A stretch of DNA of 39,154 bases from an uncultured Thermoanaerobaculia bacterium (GTDB lineage: Bacteria; Acidobacteriota; Thermoanaerobaculia; Thermoanaerobaculales; Sulfomarinibacteraceae): contig CAYSHZ010000001.1 of the NCBI GenBank assembly GCA_964430905.1, positions 1-39,154 of the forward strand, read 5' to 3'. Positions within the stretch are counted from its first letter, which is position 1. Each line of letters opens with the position of its first letter. This document shows positions 16,507-24,478 of the stretch, in pieces. The notes beneath the pieces were generated by a model. The model was not told the origin of the DNA, searched no databases, and saw only the letters and a program-made list of their open reading frames with translations. The translations under genes and the position numbers were made by a program.

Positions 16507-17474
16507 TCCATTCCTCCGTCTTCATTCGGCCGGGGTCTCAAAGGCCTGAAGGCATCTACCAGACCCAGCATCGCAACAACCGCCGGAAGCGGCATCTGGA
16601 ATGCCAGGATTGCTACACCCCAACGCACGATCCATCCGCGCCCTATCCAACGCTCAAGATGGGCTCGAATAATAGCCAAACCGTGTACGAAATACAATGC
16701 CAAAACCGGTAATAACAGATTGACGGCTGCCCAGCGAGCGGTCCCATGGAACACGACTGCTCCCAGGCCAGACAGCGCAAAGGCCACCGGAAGCCACTCA
16801 TCGGACCGATACGCCTCGAATTCTCCAGCCGGCACGTCAAAACCCAAGAGGGGTAAACGGGGCCGAACCCAGAAGAGAACCGCCACAAAATAGAACACCA
16901 GCACGCTCGGGAGAACCCAGGGGACAACCTGTTGGACCTGGTCCATGGACCTTTGGACTTCGCCACGCCCCAAACCCATCGAGGTATAGAGATCGCCCGC
17001 ATCGCGCACCGCCTTTTGGGTCCAGCCGGTGATGGCTTCAACTGGTCCTTGAGGCTGCGTCCCAATAATGATCCCGACAATAAAGATCAGGGTCAGGGCC
17101 AGAATGGTAACCGCCGCCCAACGACCCTCGGACCATCTCATCCGACACCATATGACAACGCTGAGAGTCGGCAGGACAACCACAAGAAGATAGATGGCAA
17201 GCACGGCGAAGGCCGCCTCGCCCCCTCCCGCCGAAGCCACCGCCGCCAGAATGACAACCACCGGTCCCCATACCAGCATCGATCCACCTCGCTCTGCCTC
17301 GAACCGCAAAACCGGAATAACGGCCAGCGGTGCAACGATCAGAGCAAAAGGACCCAGTAGAAAAAAGCTCCCGGCCAAAAACAACGACACCAGGCCCGAC
17401 GCAACCGGACCCAGTGAGGGCGGTCGGACAGGCTGATGGGCCGGAGGCCCCGTCTCGATGTTGGAATCCTTCAT
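16503..17474 (-). CDS. DUF2232 (YybS-like) polytopic membrane protein
   Basis: Multi-TM protein located between rpsR and rplI, where yybS sits in Firmicutes. The ATG at 17474 is preferred, with a weak AAGAG upstream. The track start at 17498 is a GTG without an SD. Family assignment rests on position and topology only. Confidence 0.6.
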   Translation of the reverse strand: MKDSNIETGPPAHQPVRPPSLGPVASGLVSLFLAGSFFLLGPFALIVAPLAVIPVLRFEAERGGSMLVWGPVVVILAAVASAGGGEAAFAVLAIYLLVVVLPTLSVVIWCRMRWSEGRWAAVTILALTLIFIVGIIIGTQPQGPVEAITGWTQKAVRDAGDLYTSMGLGRGEVQRSMDQVQQVVPWVLPSVLVFYFVAVLFWVRPRLPLLGFDVPAGEFEAYRSDEWLPVAFALSGLGAVVFHGTARWAAVNLLLPVLALYFVHGLAIIRAHLERWIGRGWIVRWGVAILAFQMPLPAVVAMLGLVDAFRPLRPRPNEDGGME

Positions 17475-17510
17475 TGGCTCTTTGGCGCCTGACGCCACCG
17501 GCCGGCCGGC

Positions 17511-17547
17511 AACAAAAACCCCGCGCCGGACTCTTGGTCCAACGCGG
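17511..17547 (-). terminator. Candidate intrinsic terminator after rpsR
   Basis: The interrupted stem has two parts. The outer part is CCGCG/CGCGG, pairing 17521-17525 with 17543-17547. The inner part is GGAC/GTCC, pairing 17528-17531 with 17537-17540. On the minus strand it is followed by GGTTTTTGTT (complement of 17511-17520). Confidence 0.45.
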
Positions 17548-17571
17548 AGCTTCGATGACGATTCGAGCGCT

Positions 17572-17805
17572 CTATCGACCCGTGTAGGGCAGCAGAGCCA
17601 TATGACGGGCCCGCTTGATGGCCCGTGTCAACTTCCGCTGAAACGCAGGACGCGTACCCGTCACTCTGCGGGGCAGGATCTTCCCGTTGGTGGGCGTATA
17701 TTCCCTGAGGAGATCGATGTCCTTGTAGTCGATGTAGTTAATCTTTTCTACCGTAAAACGGCACACCCTGACGCGACGACGAAAACGTTTTCTTCCTTGA
17801 CGCAT
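17572..17805 (-). CDS. rpsR: 30S ribosomal protein S18
   Basis: Trimmed to the ATG at 17805 ([11 protein letters not shown]...), with GAGGAGG 5 nt upstream. The conserved core is [12 protein letters not shown]...[10 protein letters not shown]....[19 protein letters not shown]. The track N-terminal extension is P/R-rich and overlaps rpsF. Confidence 0.95.
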   Translation of the reverse strand: MRQGRKRFRRRVRVCRFTVEKINYIDYKDIDLLREYTPTNGKILPRRVTGTRPAFQRKLTRAIKRARHMALLPYTGR

Positions 17806-17815
17806 GATCCCCTCC

Positions 17816-18226
17816 TCAGCTCTCTGTCTCGGTCTCGGCGTCGTTTTCGGCCTGCTGCTCGATGGCGGCCTCGGCCTTGGCGGCCTTCTTGGCGGCCTTG
17901 GCCTGCAACTTGGCGTCCATTTTCCGTTTGCGCCTGAGCTCACGATCCAGGTTCAGGATCAGTGAACGCAGGACGGCATCGCTGGTCCTCAGTTCGAAGT
18001 TGAGATCAGTCATGATCTCACCGCCGGACTCGAATTTCCAGAAATGGTACACGCCGTAGTTCTTCTTGTTAATGGGATACGCCAACTGCCGCCTTCCCCG
18101 CGCGTCTTTCTCCACCACCGAACCGTCAGCATCGGTGATGATCTTTTCAAGACGATCGAGGGCTGCAGTCTCAGCCTCGGGCGGGAGTTCGGGATCGATG
18201 ATGATCCCCAGCTCATACAGTGCCAT
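17816..18226 (-). CDS. rpsF: 30S ribosomal protein S6 with Lys/Ala/Glu-rich C-terminal tail
   Basis: [14 protein letters not shown]...[23 protein letters not shown] is S6-like. GAGGAGG lies just upstream of the ATG. There is no ssb between rpsF and rpsR. Confidence 0.95.
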   Translation of the reverse strand: MALYELGIIIDPELPPEAETAALDRLEKIITDADGSVVEKDARGRRQLAYPINKKNYGVYHFWKFESGGEIMTDLNFELRTSDAVLRSLILNLDRELRRKRKMDAKLQAKAAKKAAKAEAAIEQQAENDAETETES

Positions 18227-18332
18227 TGTGCCTCCTCATGGCCTTGTGGCTCCGGATGCAATCCGGAGCAAGGAGTGTTCTCCCGGATCAACCGGGGAAC
18301 AGGCATTGTAGTGAAAATCAGTTGAAAAGCAA
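18227..18332 (-). promoter_or_regulatory. Candidate rpsF promoter and structured 5' leader (two tandem hairpins)
   Basis: On the minus strand, TTGCTT (18327-18332), a 16-nt spacer, then TACAAT (18305-18310). The leader has two hairpins: CCCGG/CCGGG at 18281-18297 and GCTCCGGA/TCCGGAGC at 18249-18269. Their loops are UUGAU and UUGCA. Then comes the SD. Confidence 0.35.
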
Positions 18333-18388
18333 GGAAGATATTCAGAACGACCCGATCGACCCTCGATCATCCGGCTTGAAACCGAGAC

Positions 18389-18417
18389 TCGGCAAGAGCA
18401 CATCTCCCAGGTACAAT
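18389..18417 (+). promoter_or_regulatory. Candidate sigma70-type promoter for the GreA-like gene
   Basis: TCGGCA (18389-18394), a 17-nt spacer, then TACAAT (18412-18417). GGGAGG lies 4 nt before the ATG at 18438. Confidence 0.25.
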
Positions 18418-18437
18418 GCACGGGAACGGGAGGCCCC

Positions 18438-20543
18438 ATGACCGAAACACCTCTATCCCCAGCCTTTCGGGAGGCTCTGGATTCCCATGAGTGGGACCGC
18501 ATTGAAGAGCTATGGCTGGAGGCTCTGGATCAAAAACCGATTCCGACCCTCGACCTCCTCGAGGTCAGGCGCCTGATGTGGAAGATCGGAAGAAAGAACC
18601 AGGCAAAAGTTCTTCTCGAGCTCCTGGCGGAAACGCTGGAAGCCTCAGACGATCCTGCCGGCGCCCTCGCAGCCCTTCGCGAGTTGATCCGCCTGGCGGA
18701 CTCTCCAACCCCCGCAACTGTTCATCGACTCCTGCAGGCCTTCACCTCTGTCCGACAGGACAGTCCATCGTTGGAAGCCGTCACCAGTCATTACACCCCG
18801 GCAGAGTCACGCCGACCATTGGAGGTACTGGAAGCAATGGAAACATGGTTGAATCACGATGTAGGAACAGTGGTCGAAGTCCTGGGCCAGGGGGTCGGCC
18901 GAGTCACCGAAATCAACCTCAAACTGGAGAATCTCAAGGTTGATATTGGAGGCCGGCGACCGGTTTCTATTCCGTTTGGAGCGGTCACCCGCTACGTTCG
19001 AATTCTCCCCGAAGGGTCTTTTCTCAGGCTGAAGGTAGAGGACCCCGAGGCCCTGATCAATGCTGTGAAGGACAATCCGGGCGAAAGCCTTGTTCACATC
19101 CTCGAGGGAATGGAAGAACCGGCCGATGTTGCCTCGATCAAGCATGCCCTCGACGGGATCCTGCCGAGTGCCGGTTGGACATCCTGGTGGACCAAGGCTC
19201 GAAAAAATCCCAGGATTCTCTCATCCGGAACGGGATCGAGACTCCGCTACCATGTGACCGAGTCCGCAGAAGATGCGGCCAAAGCCCTCCTGGAGGATCT
19301 TCGATCAGCGGCTCCGAGAGATCGCCTCAAGGCGGCCCGAAATCTTGGACATCGTACCGAGACAGAAGCGAAACAGGCTGCCGAATTGTTAAGCGAAGGT
19401 CTGGAGTCACTGATTCGGGACGACCCGGGCCTGGCCTGGGAAACCGCCGAATTGCTGAAGACGCTTCCCGGAGGTGGCGAGGCCGCAACCCGCTGCCAGG
19501 AAGAACTGGCGGCATCCGCTCTGCCTCTCCAGGTTCTCTCGGGCATCAAGGAACGTACTTCCCGCCACGGGGCCCTTGAGATGTTCCGAATGACCCGAGG
19601 TCAAGAATGGCAAGAGATCTGGGCGGAGTGGCTCCTCCATGAAAAAAGTGCACCCATGCTGGATCACATCGCGGGTCAGCTCGACCAGGCCGGTGCCACG
19701 TCGTCCCTTGATACCGCCCTTGAGACCATTTTCCGGAATCATCTCAAACATCCCGCGCAGTTTGTCTGGGCATCCGAAACCATGACCGAGCCCGATGCGC
19801 CTGAGCCTCTCAAGCGCCGCCTGAGGCCATCGATGCTCGAGAAGATCCCCGATATCCTTTCCCGGAGAGAGTTTTCGGAATTCCGAAGCCGCGGAAAGGC
19901 CCTGCTGGAGGGCGGCAAGGCCGTCATTCGCCTGATCCTCGAACAGGCCTCACCGCAGCAGGCCACCAGACTCAGTCAACGATTGACACGAATTGACACT
20001 GTCGATCCCGGCTCGCTGCGGAGGGTGGAACAGGCGACTCGCCAGGCACAAGGTTCGTCAGCGCCGGAGACTGAGGTTATCCTTTTCGTGGCAACCGAAG
20101 GGGCAATCAAAGCCAAACGAGCTGAGCTGAAAACTCTTGTGGAACATACGATCCCGAAGACCCTCAAAGGCATTAATGCGGCAGCTGCCGAAGGCGACCT
20201 CAGGGAGAACTTCGAATACCACATGCTGAGGGACCGCCAGGAACTCCAGTCCGCCCAAGCGGCAAAACTTCAGGAAGATCTGGGACGTGTCCGGACCCTG
20301 GACCCGGGAGCTGCCGACACATCCAAGGTCAATATCGGGACTATCGTCCATTTCGACCAGGATTCTGGAATATCCATACAACCATTGACGATCCTTGGCG
20401 CATGGGACGCCGACCTCGACAACAGGGTCTTTGCCAACGGAACCGAGCTGGCCAAGGCCCTCCTGGGACATTCGGTCGGCGACACGGTCACCGTCGAGGG
20501 TGTCGAATGCCAAATTACAAAGATCGAAGCCTGGCGGGGGTGA
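18438..20543 (+). CDS. 701-aa protein with C-terminal GreA/GreB-type transcript cleavage factor module and ~530-aa N-terminal extension
   Basis: The last ~160 aa align by eye with E. coli GreA. GDLRENFEYHMLRDRQ matches GDLKENAEYHAAREQQ, keeping the tip acidic D and E. NGTELAKALLGHSVGDTVTV matches NSPIARGLIGKEEDDVVVI. The N-terminal part is helical-repeat-like, plus a possible small beta domain (HDVGTVVEVLGQGVGRVTEI). Confidence 0.8.
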   Translation: MTETPLSPAFREALDSHEWDRIEELWLEALDQKPIPTLDLLEVRRLMWKIGRKNQAKVLLELLAETLEASDDPAGALAALRELIRLADSPTPATVHRLLQAFTSVRQDSPSLEAVTSHYTPAESRRPLEVLEAMETWLNHDVGTVVEVLGQGVGRVTEINLKLENLKVDIGGRRPVSIPFGAVTRYVRILPEGSFLRLKVEDPEALINAVKDNPGESLVHILEGMEEPADVASIKHALDGILPSAGWTSWWTKARKNPRILSSGTGSRLRYHVTESAEDAAKALLEDLRSAAPRDRLKAARNLGHRTETEAKQAAELLSEGLESLIRDDPGLAWETAELLKTLPGGGEAATRCQEELAASALPLQVLSGIKERTSRHGALEMFRMTRGQEWQEIWAEWLLHEKSAPMLDHIAGQLDQAGATSSLDTALETIFRNHLKHPAQFVWASETMTEPDAPEPLKRRLRPSMLEKIPDILSRREFSEFRSRGKALLEGGKAVIRLILEQASPQQATRLSQRLTRIDTVDPGSLRRVEQATRQAQGSSAPETEVILFVATEGAIKAKRAELKTLVEHTIPKTLKGINAAAAEGDLRENFEYHMLRDRQELQSAQAAKLQEDLGRVRTLDPGAADTSKVNIGTIVHFDQDSGISIQPLTILGAWDADLDNRVFANGTELAKALLGHSVGDTVTVEGVECQITKIEAWRG

Positions 20544-20586
20544 AGGCTCGGACGCCTGAAAAACGACCTTCAGACAGTCTCAACAA

Positions 20587-20607
20587 GGGAGGAGATAAAC
20601 CCCTCCC
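20587..20607 (-). terminator. Terminator-like hairpin between convergent genes; near-identical copy of the hairpin at 40-60
   Basis: The minus strand reads GGGAGGGGTTTATCTCCTCCC, one mismatch from GGGAGGGGTTTATCCCCTCCC at 40-60. It is followed on the minus strand by TTGTTGAG. Confidence 0.5.
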
Positions 20608-20640
20608 CTTCAATGAAAAGCACCCTCATTTATCAATGAT

Positions 20641-22494
20641 TCAGCTGTCGATCTTGAGCAGTTCCAATTCCTCGGCATCCGGCGCAAAAAGAACACAGGC
20701 AACCGTTCCCGGGCCGGCATGAGCCCCGACGATCGGGCCGATCTCGCCCTCGAACAACTCCTCGACCATGAACGACTCGGATACCAGCTCGGTCATACGG
20801 GCACCCCACTTCGGGGCCGATGCGTGACCCACAGCTCCAAAAACGGGCGTATCCGGACTGACGCGGGCCTTGAGCAACTCGATCAGCTTGGGCTGGGCCC
20901 GACGCCCACCCCTGGCCTTGTCAACCGCCTGGACCTCACCAGCCTCCATTGCCAGAATCGGTTTGATTCCCAAGAGCGTTCCGATGAATGCCTTTGCACC
21001 ACCGATCCTCCCACCCTTTTTCAGGTATTCCAGGGTGTTGACCAAAAAGAGAAACTGGAGACGCCCAGCGATATTCTCAATCCTGTCGCCAATCTCTTCG
21101 ACCCCGAGACCCCTGCGAGCCATCCGACCGGCAAAACGAACCAGCATGCCGAGACCAACCGAGTTGACCCGGGTATCGACCACCCGGACGATTGACTCCC
21201 GCATCGAACCCGACTCTTCACGAAACTTCGAAAACTCGGCCTGCCCCTCTTCAACTGCTGCTGTCGCATTGGCAAAGGTCAACGACTGTGCCGAGGAAAT
21301 ATGCAGAGAGATGATGTCTCCGGTTCCGACCAGCCGCCGATAGACATCCAGGAACTCGCCCTTGCCCGGAGGACTGGTACTTGGGAATTCCTCGCTTCCC
21401 CGTAGCATCGTATAGAAATCATCAGGCATCAGATCGACGCCGTCCTTGAAGACTCTGGATCCAAACAACACCGACAGCGGCACCACCGTCACGGCATCCC
21501 TACGGACGACCGTGGGATGCAAATCACATGTGGAGTCGGTCACAACGTGAATTCGATGCTCCGGCTCGTGGAAAACGATGATACCCCGCTCCTGAAGCGT
21601 CTCGGCGGCCTGGAGGACCTCCAGATCCATTGCATCTACCAGATCAATCAATTCGGCCAAATTCCTGGCCCCGCGCACTGCAGTCAAGATTGCACGTTGC
21701 ACGTCCGTGAATTCAGTATTGAAGAAATCCCCCGCCATCCGGACTTCAACCCTGGAATTCAACGAGGGCAAACGATTGAAAACCTCGTCCAATTGAAATT
21801 TTTCCTCAACGGCATCACTGACAAGGGTTGCCAGATCGAGGTTGATCACACGCTCCTCCGGTGCATCTTCCAGGGTCAACTGGAATGCACCACCCCTCAG
21901 ACCCGCTATACGGTTGAAAGCCTTCCGACCCCGCACCACGGATCCCCAATGGGCATCGACAACTTCACCATCCTCGAACCAAAGACCCGTCTCCGGACCC
22001 AGCGTCAACTGAACATGTCCGGTGATCTGAAACCTGAGAAGAATACGCAGAAGATCACCGATGGCAATCCGAGTCAGATCACCGTACAACCGATCGATGG
22101 TGTCGCTGAGTTCACCCCCGAGATGGCGGGCCAACAGCAGCAAACGGACCTTATAGACAAAGATTGAAGAGTCCAAATCCGAGGTGCGCAGAGAATAGAG
22201 ATTTCCTTCTTCCAGATCATCGGGGATCTCTACCGCATCTTCACTGAGGATCAACATCGGAGGAACGTCAAGTCCTGAAGCCTTGACCCTCCTGCACAAC
22301 TCCAGGGGATCCATGCCCTCGAGCCCGGAATGAGCAATCACCAGGGTCGGTTCCAACCCAGCGGAGAACCTGAGGGCCTCCTCGCCATTAATCGCGTTGA
22401 TGACCTCATAGCCGCCTTGATACAAGGCGAGTCCAAGCTCCCGACGCCGCTCTTCGGAGCTGTCCGCTACCAGTACCGCGTTTTCATACGCCAC
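20641..22494 (-). CDS. Three-domain fusion: degenerate CheY-like receiver, DUF4388, DegV (fatty-acid-binding) domain
   Basis: Start reassigned to the GTG at 22494 (GGGGGAGGA, then a 6-nt spacer). The track start at 22959 would overlap the divergent acyltransferase gene. Receiver-like: VLVADSS, PTLVIAHSGLEGMDPLEL, PPMLILSED. DUF4388-like: LYGDLTRIAIGDLLRILLRFQITGHVQL..FEDGEVVDAHWG. DegV: VVTDSTCDL, FPSTSPPG, ISLHISSAQS, YLKKGGRIGGAK, GIKPIL, GAHAGPGT. Confidence 0.85.
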   Translation of the reverse strand: MAYENAVLVADSSEERRRELGLALYQGGYEVINAINGEEALRFSAGLEPTLVIAHSGLEGMDPLELCRRVKASGLDVPPMLILSEDAVEIPDDLEEGNLYSLRTSDLDSSIFVYKVRLLLLARHLGGELSDTIDRLYGDLTRIAIGDLLRILLRFQITGHVQLTLGPETGLWFEDGEVVDAHWGSVVRGRKAFNRIAGLRGGAFQLTLEDAPEERVINLDLATLVSDAVEEKFQLDEVFNRLPSLNSRVEVRMAGDFFNTEFTDVQRAILTAVRGARNLAELIDLVDAMDLEVLQAAETLQERGIIVFHEPEHRIHVVTDSTCDLHPTVVRRDAVTVVPLSVLFGSRVFKDGVDLMPDDFYTMLRGSEEFPSTSPPGKGEFLDVYRRLVGTGDIISLHISSAQSLTFANATAAVEEGQAEFSKFREESGSMRESIVRVVDTRVNSVGLGMLVRFAGRMARRGLGVEEIGDRIENIAGRLQFLFLVNTLEYLKKGGRIGGAKAFIGTLLGIKPILAMEAGEVQAVDKARGGRRAQPKLIELLKARVSPDTPVFGAVGHASAPKWGARMTELVSESFMVEELFEGEIGPIVGAHAGPGTVACVLFAPDAEELELLKIDS

Positions 22495-22581
22495 AGAAAA
22501 TCCTCCCCCACGAGGGTACCCCGATCGCAAGAGTATACCGAAACCCGCCCAAACCCAACTCGATCCAGGTAAACTGCTCCG

Positions 22582-23502
22582 ATGGCGGGTCGTCTTCGTT
22601 TGAGTCACCATCTGGCATATTGGACACTGAAAACTGTCCTTGTCTCGGGTTCCATCCTCCCCCTTGCCATCCTTCGATGGTTCGGGCGGTTGCTGGCCCG
22701 GTGTGCCATGCCCTTTGCCAGGCGAGACAGGAGGCGAGAGGAAGAACACCTCAAGATCGCCTTCCCGACGATGGGCTTGGAGAGCCGCCACAAATTGAGG
22801 CGCCAAGCCGAAACTCACCTCGGAAATCTCCTCGGAGAAACTGCCTGGCTGATGTATGCCGACTCCCGGAAGGTTGAAACCCTGTGCAAGCTGACCGGAG
22901 AGGAACACCTTCGCAAAGCGCTCGAAGCAGGGAAGGGGGCGGTGTTGATCACTGCCCACGCAGGGAACTGGGAAATCCTCAACGCCCGGCTGGGAATCGC
23001 GGGGATCCCTATGAGCATTGCCGTCCGGAACGTCTACGATCCCCGAATCGACACTATCGCCACTGACCTCCGATCACGTTTCGATACCGAGGTTGTTCAT
23101 CGGGGAAGCAATGCAGGGCGCAAGCTTTTTTCGGCCCTCAAGATCAACCGGGTCGTTGGGTTGTTGATTGACCAGGATATTCGTGATCTTCCGGGAGTGT
23201 TTGTGCCATTTTTCGGCCGGCAGGCGTACACACCGCTAGGCGCGGCGTCTCTGGCACTCAAGGCCGACTGCCCCGTGATTCCGGCGTTCGGTTGGCGCAG
23301 ACCGGATGGGACTCACGTCGCAGAGATTCATCCACCCCTTCCCAGACCTCAGGGGGATTCACTCGATCAGCAGGTATACAACCTGACTGCTTCCGCAACC
23401 GCAGTCATCGAAAGTCACATCAGAGCCCACCCTGATCAATGGGTCTGGATGCATCGCCGATGGAAGACACGACCCCCGGGGGAAGAGGGGGAGAAAGGGT
23501 GA
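22582..23502 (+). CDS. Lipid A biosynthesis lauroyl/myristoyl acyltransferase family protein (LpxL/HtrB-like LPLAT)
   Basis: N-terminal membrane anchor. Motifs LITAHAGNWE (H..NWE) and LLIDQDIRDLPGVFVPFFGRQAYTPLGAASLALK, typical of the Lip_A_acyltrans family. Confidence 0.8.
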   Translation: MAGRLRLSHHLAYWTLKTVLVSGSILPLAILRWFGRLLARCAMPFARRDRRREEEHLKIAFPTMGLESRHKLRRQAETHLGNLLGETAWLMYADSRKVETLCKLTGEEHLRKALEAGKGAVLITAHAGNWEILNARLGIAGIPMSIAVRNVYDPRIDTIATDLRSRFDTEVVHRGSNAGRKLFSALKINRVVGLLIDQDIRDLPGVFVPFFGRQAYTPLGAASLALKADCPVIPAFGWRRPDGTHVAEIHPPLPRPQGDSLDQQVYNLTASATAVIESHIRAHPDQWVWMHRRWKTRPPGEEGEKG

Positions 23503-23526
23503 GGGGGAGAGCGGGTGAGGGGGAGA
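23478..23526 (+). repeat. G-run tract with a 14-nt direct repeat GGGTGAGGGGGAGA x2
   Basis: G5-N4-G5-N5-G3-N3-G5-N5-G3-N3-G5, read directly. The repeat copies are at 23497-23510 and 23513-23526, separated by GC. The first copy contains the stop codon of the acyltransferase gene. Confidence 0.85.
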
Positions 23527-23566
23527 CGGAGTCTGACCCCTATAACCTTTTCGACCCAGCCCACCC

Positions 23567-24391
23567 TCAGGCTTTCTTGGGTTCTTTTCGAGAACGAACA
23601 CCCGTCCGGCTGATCATGAAATGGGCAACACCGGGGAGGTGTCGCTGGAGTCGTACGAGCCATTTCCCGTGGCCGGTCACAACGACAATCCTTCGCCCCC
23701 GACAGACGCCACGAACAATATGGCGTGCCGTCGTATCGGCATCCATGCACAACCAGGCTGGAATGGGATCCCGGGCCCCCTCGGTCAACTGACCGGAGTT
23801 ATCCACCTTGCGAATCTCGGATTGGACAAAACCAGGCGCCACCAGAGTCACGGTCACACCACGGTGCTTGAACTCGTGACGAAGGGACTTTGCCAACGCC
23901 AGAATCGCCGCCTTGCTCATGCAATAGGGGGAATTGCCCGGAAGTGAGATGAAACTGTTGACGCTCCCCATCAAGGCCAGATTGCCCCCACTTTCCCACA
24001 AAGCCTCCTGCGTCGCGCGAATGGTCCTGATCACACCAAAGACATTGGTCTCGAACTGACGCTTGAAATCCTCCAGATCGAGATTGTGAAACCACCGCGC
24101 CACGCCAAACCCGGCATTGGCATGCACATGATCAATCCGACCGAAACGCTCCAGGGCCGCTGCCGCCATCCTCTCCGGGTCACCGTCTTGAGTGACATCA
24201 CAGCTAATTGCCATGGCCTCGGCGCCCCCTGCCTCCAACTCGTCGACAAGGGACTGAAGCCGTTCCTCCCGTCGCGCCGTCGCCACGACTCGAGCACCCA
24301 GTCGCGCGTATTCTCGTGCCAACCCGGCGCCGATTCCCGAAGATGCTCCTGTAATCAGGGCCACTTTGCCGTCCATGATTCTTCGTTTCAT
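23567..24391 (-). CDS. Short-chain dehydrogenase/reductase (SDR) family oxidoreductase
   Basis: Motifs KVALITGASSGIG, NAGFG and YCMSKAAILAL (the YxxxK motif). The start is ATG at 24391 or 24376. The track start at 24646 overlaps the divergent kinase gene. Confidence 0.85.
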   Translation of the reverse strand: MKRRIMDGKVALITGASSGIGAGLAREYARLGARVVATARREERLQSLVDELEAGGAEAMAISCDVTQDGDPERMAAAALERFGRIDHVHANAGFGVARWFHNLDLEDFKRQFETNVFGVIRTIRATQEALWESGGNLALMGSVNSFISLPGNSPYCMSKAAILALAKSLRHEFKHRGVTVTLVAPGFVQSEIRKVDNSGQLTEGARDPIPAWLCMDADTTARHIVRGVCRGRRIVVVTGHGKWLVRLQRHLPGVAHFMISRTGVRSRKEPKKA

Positions 24392-24478
24392 GGACACATA
24401 GTACCCTGCCCCCATGGTTGTTCGTTTGAAACACCACAAACCAGTGATTCGAACGCCTCGCCGAAGTACACTGTTCTC

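Noticed and set aside
15904-16893. 329-aa plus-strand ORF
   Set aside because: It lies antisense to rplI and the DUF2232 gene and spans their junction. Its composition is R/P/S/A-rich, typical of shadow frames in GC-rich DNA. The opposite strand encodes an unmistakable L9.
22495-22959. N-terminal 155 codons of track ORF 20641..22959
   Set aside because: They overlap the divergent acyltransferase gene and lack any domain. An internal GTG at 22494 has a near-perfect SD and begins exactly at the receiver-like domain.
24086-24478. N-terminal 131 codons of track ORF 24086..26236
   Set aside because: They overlap the SDR gene on the other strand. The kinase domain begins right after the ATG at 24479.
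24392-24478. GATTCGAAC-like segment checked as a possible tRNA T-arm; all gaps over 100 nt were also checked for tRNA or other RNA genes
   Set aside because: No acceptor or anticodon arm pairing could be built around it. None of the intergenic gaps has cloverleaf potential.
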